This document shows positions 61,336-64,000 of a DNA stretch of 64,000 nt, one piece after another. A program made the translations under genes and the position numbers. A model generated the notes under the pieces. The model had not been told where the DNA came from. It made no database searches and saw only the letters and a program-made list of their open reading frames with translations. Position 1 is the stretch's first letter; every line of letters starts with the position of its first letter. Source of the stretch: Sphingomonas sp. (GTDB lineage: Bacteria; Pseudomonadota; Alphaproteobacteria; Sphingomonadales; Sphingomonadaceae); contig JANXUU010000133.1 in assembly GCA_025356055.1 (NCBI GenBank), forward strand, positions 11,570-75,569, written 5' to 3'.

Positions 61336-62717
61336 TGGTCACCGACCGCCACGCGATTAACGGCAAGATCTCTGCTCCCGACGAGCGGTTCGACGTCGTC
61401 GTGGTCGGCGCCGGATCGGCCGGCACCGCGGCGGCAATCGACGCGGCCAGGGGTGGGGCGTCGGTCCTGCTGATCGACGAGAACCCGGTCCGCGGGGACA
61501 TGATCGGGACCGACGTTCCGCTTTATTTCGGCGGCCGGATGACGGCGGCGGTGCAGAGCCCGCAGCGGATGGTCGAACAATTGTTCGCCACCAACCCGTT
61601 GCTCGAGGAAGCCTTCGACGCCGGGGTCGATGTCCGCCTCGGCACCTGCGCCTGGGGCCTCTACGTCAACGGCCCGGCGATGCGCACGCTGCCCGAACCC
61701 TTGCTCGGGATCGCCGACAGTGAGAGCGCGACGATGATCGGCTTCGGGCGCCTGCTGCTCGCAACCGGCGCGCGCGACGTCGTCCTCGGGTTCGAGGGCT
61801 GGACTCGCCCGGGGGTGATGGGTGCGCAAGGGTTCGCAATGCTGCTCGCCCGCTACGACGCTTTGGCGAGCCGGCGGATGCTCGTCGTCGGTGGCGGCGA
61901 GCTTGGCCGGGAGACCGCCCGCCTCGCCCTCGATCGCGGGCTCGAGGTTGCGGGGATCGTCAGCCTTGGCGCGATCGATCCCGTCGGCGATGTCCCGCTG
62001 TTCCCGCACCACAGCATCGCAGCGACCCAAGGCGGGATCGATGGAGTCGAGCGGGCCGTGCTGGCTTCGCTCTCCGGCGACGGACGAACCACCATCGAGT
62101 GCGACACGATCGTCCTCGCCATCGCCGCCGCGCCCGCGACCGAGTTGCTCGATGCAGCGGGCGTCGGGCCGGGTGGCACGATCGAGCTGATCGGTGACTG
62201 CGCCACCGTCCCGCGCCCCGACCCCGCCCTGCTTGCCGCCTGGTCCGCCGCGCTCGGCCGCTACGCCACTCCGGCGACCATCGTCTGCCAGTGCGAGGAG
62301 GTCACCCGCGCCGACCTGATCGGGGTCCAGCCACCCAACTATCTCGATCGCCCCGCCCCAATGGCCGCCCGCTCGCTCGCCTCGCTGCTCAACGACGGCC
62401 CCGCCCACCCCGATCAGATTAAGCGGCTCACGCGGGCCGGGATGGGCGCATGCCAGGGCCGCCGCTGCCGCGAGCAGGTGACTTGCCTCCTCGCCGCCGA
62501 GCAGGGCACGACGCCAGACCGTGTCCCCGTCGCCAGCCTGCGCGCGCCCGTCCGACCCATCCCGCTCGGCATCCTCGCTGACTGGAACGAGCGCCCCGAG
62601 ATGGCCGCCGGTTGGGACGTGTGGTTCGGTATCCCGACCCAATGGCTGCCCTATGCCGTCATCGGCACGCCCGAGGAAGCGGAACTGGTCGCGAACGGCG
62701 GGAACATGCATGTCTGA
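61335..62717 (+). CDS. HcnB/OoxA-like FAD/NAD(P) oxidoreductase with C-terminal BFD-like Cys motif
   Basis: VVVVGAGSAG, ATGARD, GWTRPGVM, IVCQCEEV...KRLTRAGMGACQGRRC. Confidence 0.85.
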   Translation: MVTDRHAINGKISAPDERFDVVVVGAGSAGTAAAIDAARGGASVLLIDENPVRGDMIGTDVPLYFGGRMTAAVQSPQRMVEQLFATNPLLEEAFDAGVDVRLGTCAWGLYVNGPAMRTLPEPLLGIADSESATMIGFGRLLLATGARDVVLGFEGWTRPGVMGAQGFAMLLARYDALASRRMLVVGGGELGRETARLALDRGLEVAGIVSLGAIDPVGDVPLFPHHSIAATQGGIDGVERAVLASLSGDGRTTIECDTIVLAIAAAPATELLDAAGVGPGGTIELIGDCATVPRPDPALLAAWSAALGRYATPATIVCQCEEVTRADLIGVQPPNYLDRPAPMAARSLASLLNDGPAHPDQIKRLTRAGMGACQGRRCREQVTCLLAAEQGTTPDRVPVASLRAPVRPIPLGILADWNERPEMAAGWDVWFGIPTQWLPYAVIGTPEEAELVANGGNMHV

Positions 62718-63858
62718 CCCTGCACTCCCCAAGGGCGCGTCGGTGGTCGTCATCGGAGCGGGCGTGACCGGGCTCAGCGCCGCCTGGTGGCTCGCGCGCG
62801 ACGGCTATGACGTGGTCGTGCTCGACAAGGGGATCGTCGGCTGGGAAGCGTCGGGCCGCAACGGCGGTGGCTGCTCGCACTATCAAAGCCCGCTATTCGT
62901 CGAGGAGCAGCGGCTGTGGCCGCAGATGGACGAACTGCTCGGCTATCCGACCGAACATCGCCCCGAGCGGATCATTCTCCAGCGCGACCAGCACTTGCTC
63001 GATCATTATCGTGCGGTTGGCCGGATGTGCACCGCGCTCGGCTATCGCGTCGACGATCTCGATTCGCAACAGGCACAGGAACTGGTTCCGCTGACCGACG
63101 GGTCCTGCCTTGGCGGGATCCACCTGCGCTTCGGCGGTCATGCCAATCCGCAGCGTACGGTGCAAGCCTATGCCTGGGCGCTGCAGGATCTGGGCGGCAA
63201 AATCTTCCAGCATTGCCCGGCATTGTCGATCGAGGTGGCGGGCGGGAAAGCCGTCGCGGTCAACACCCCGCGCGGGCGGATCGAGTGCGATGCGCTGGTC
63301 GTCGCCGCTGGGCCGCAAACAGGGATGCTGCTCGAGCCCCTCGGCGTAAACTTCCCGATCACGTCGGCTCGCGCCGAAATGATCGTCACCGAACCGGCGC
63401 CGCTGATGGCGATCGGCGGGGTCGACGGCAACGGGCTCTACGGCCGCCAGACGATGCGCGGCAACCTCGCCTTTGGCGGCGGCCCGCACGAATGGATCGA
63501 CATGGAGCCGACCGGCCCCGCCGCGCGTCCGGTCTCGCCCCTCGCTCGCAACCTCGCCCGCCGCGTCGCCGAGATGTTTCCCAAGGCGGCGCACCTCAAC
63601 GTCATTCGCAGCTGGGCCGGGGTGATCGAGAATACGCCCGATGGCCGCCCGATCATCGACCGCCTGACCGACCCCGCCAACGTCACCGTCGCGACCCTGT
63701 CGGGCGTGGGGTTCGGCCTGTCCCCGGCAAGCGGCCACGCGATCCGCGATCTCGTCGTCGACGGGTCATGCTCCTTCGCGGAAATCTCGAAGCTCGGCCT
63801 CGCCCGCTTCGCCGCTCTCGAGCCCGACTGGCGCGAGCGGCGCGGGTGGGCGGCGTGA
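62710..63858 (+). CDS. DAO-family FAD-dependent amino-acid oxidoreductase, HcnC/OoxB-like
   Basis: VVVIGAGVTG, EASGRNGG, RSWAG....TPDGRPII, GVGFGLSP. Confidence 0.85.
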   Translation: MSDPALPKGASVVVIGAGVTGLSAAWWLARDGYDVVVLDKGIVGWEASGRNGGGCSHYQSPLFVEEQRLWPQMDELLGYPTEHRPERIILQRDQHLLDHYRAVGRMCTALGYRVDDLDSQQAQELVPLTDGSCLGGIHLRFGGHANPQRTVQAYAWALQDLGGKIFQHCPALSIEVAGGKAVAVNTPRGRIECDALVVAAGPQTGMLLEPLGVNFPITSARAEMIVTEPAPLMAIGGVDGNGLYGRQTMRGNLAFGGGPHEWIDMEPTGPAARPVSPLARNLARRVAEMFPKAAHLNVIRSWAGVIENTPDGRPIIDRLTDPANVTVATLSGVGFGLSPASGHAIRDLVVDGSCSFAEISKLGLARFAALEPDWRERRGWAA

Positions 63859-64000
63859 CTTATTACTCAGCACTCGCACTGATCAAGGCGGGCTTCACCG
63901 GCCAGAAGAAATGGGACCGGGCATGGCGCGATCCCGAGCCCCGGAAGCACTATGACATCGTCGTCATTGGCGGCGGCGGGCACGGCCTCGCGACTGCTTA
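63855..64000 (+). CDS. soxB: Sarcosine oxidase beta subunit family, 5' part (cut by window edge)
   Basis: GTG start overlapping the upstream stop; YSALALIKAGFTGQKKWDRAWRDPEPRKHYDIVVIGGGGHGLATA is the typical SoxB N-terminus. Confidence 0.85.
   Translation, partial: MTYYSALALIKAGFTGQKKWDRAWRDPEPRKHYDIVVIGGGGHGLATA

Overview
64 kb of a high-GC alphaproteobacterial chromosome, most likely a sphingomonad (inferred from gene order and protein families). Most of it is core genome. From left to right: (1) sucD-mdh, zapE, paaI-like, sdhB, two peptidases, a TonB-dependent receptor, bcp and glnE. (2) A complete general-stress-response (GSR) locus: ecfG, phyR, nepR, a phyT/phyP-like pseudokinase, a second NepR-like ORF, and a likely EcfG-driven sRNA with C-rich loops. 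(3) dgt-[DUF1800-DUF1501]-argS-SPOR-SPOR-nagZ-scpAB-tatABC. (4) The full dcw cluster from mraZ to ftsZ. (5) ku-ligD and tRNA-Gly(TCC). (6) An accessory catabolic region after the tRNA: an AceE/MdeB-like ThDP enzyme divergent from an operon of Rieske demethylase-like oxygenase, Cys/Met PLP lyase (interrupted by an in-frame TAG next to the PLP lysine), an HcnB/HcnC-like flavoprotein pair and a truncated soxB. The best leads are that catabolic cluster (candidate pathway for a methylated methionine/betaine-type compound), the unannotated GSR sRNA and NepR-like paralog, a low-GC patch inside murD, tandem FtsN-like SPOR genes, and the DUF1800/DUF1501 pair. No CRISPR array, rRNA, integrase or transposase was seen. 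All calls come from reading motifs by eye; no database searches were run. Many starts are adjusted from the ORF track using RBS, overlap and family N-termini.
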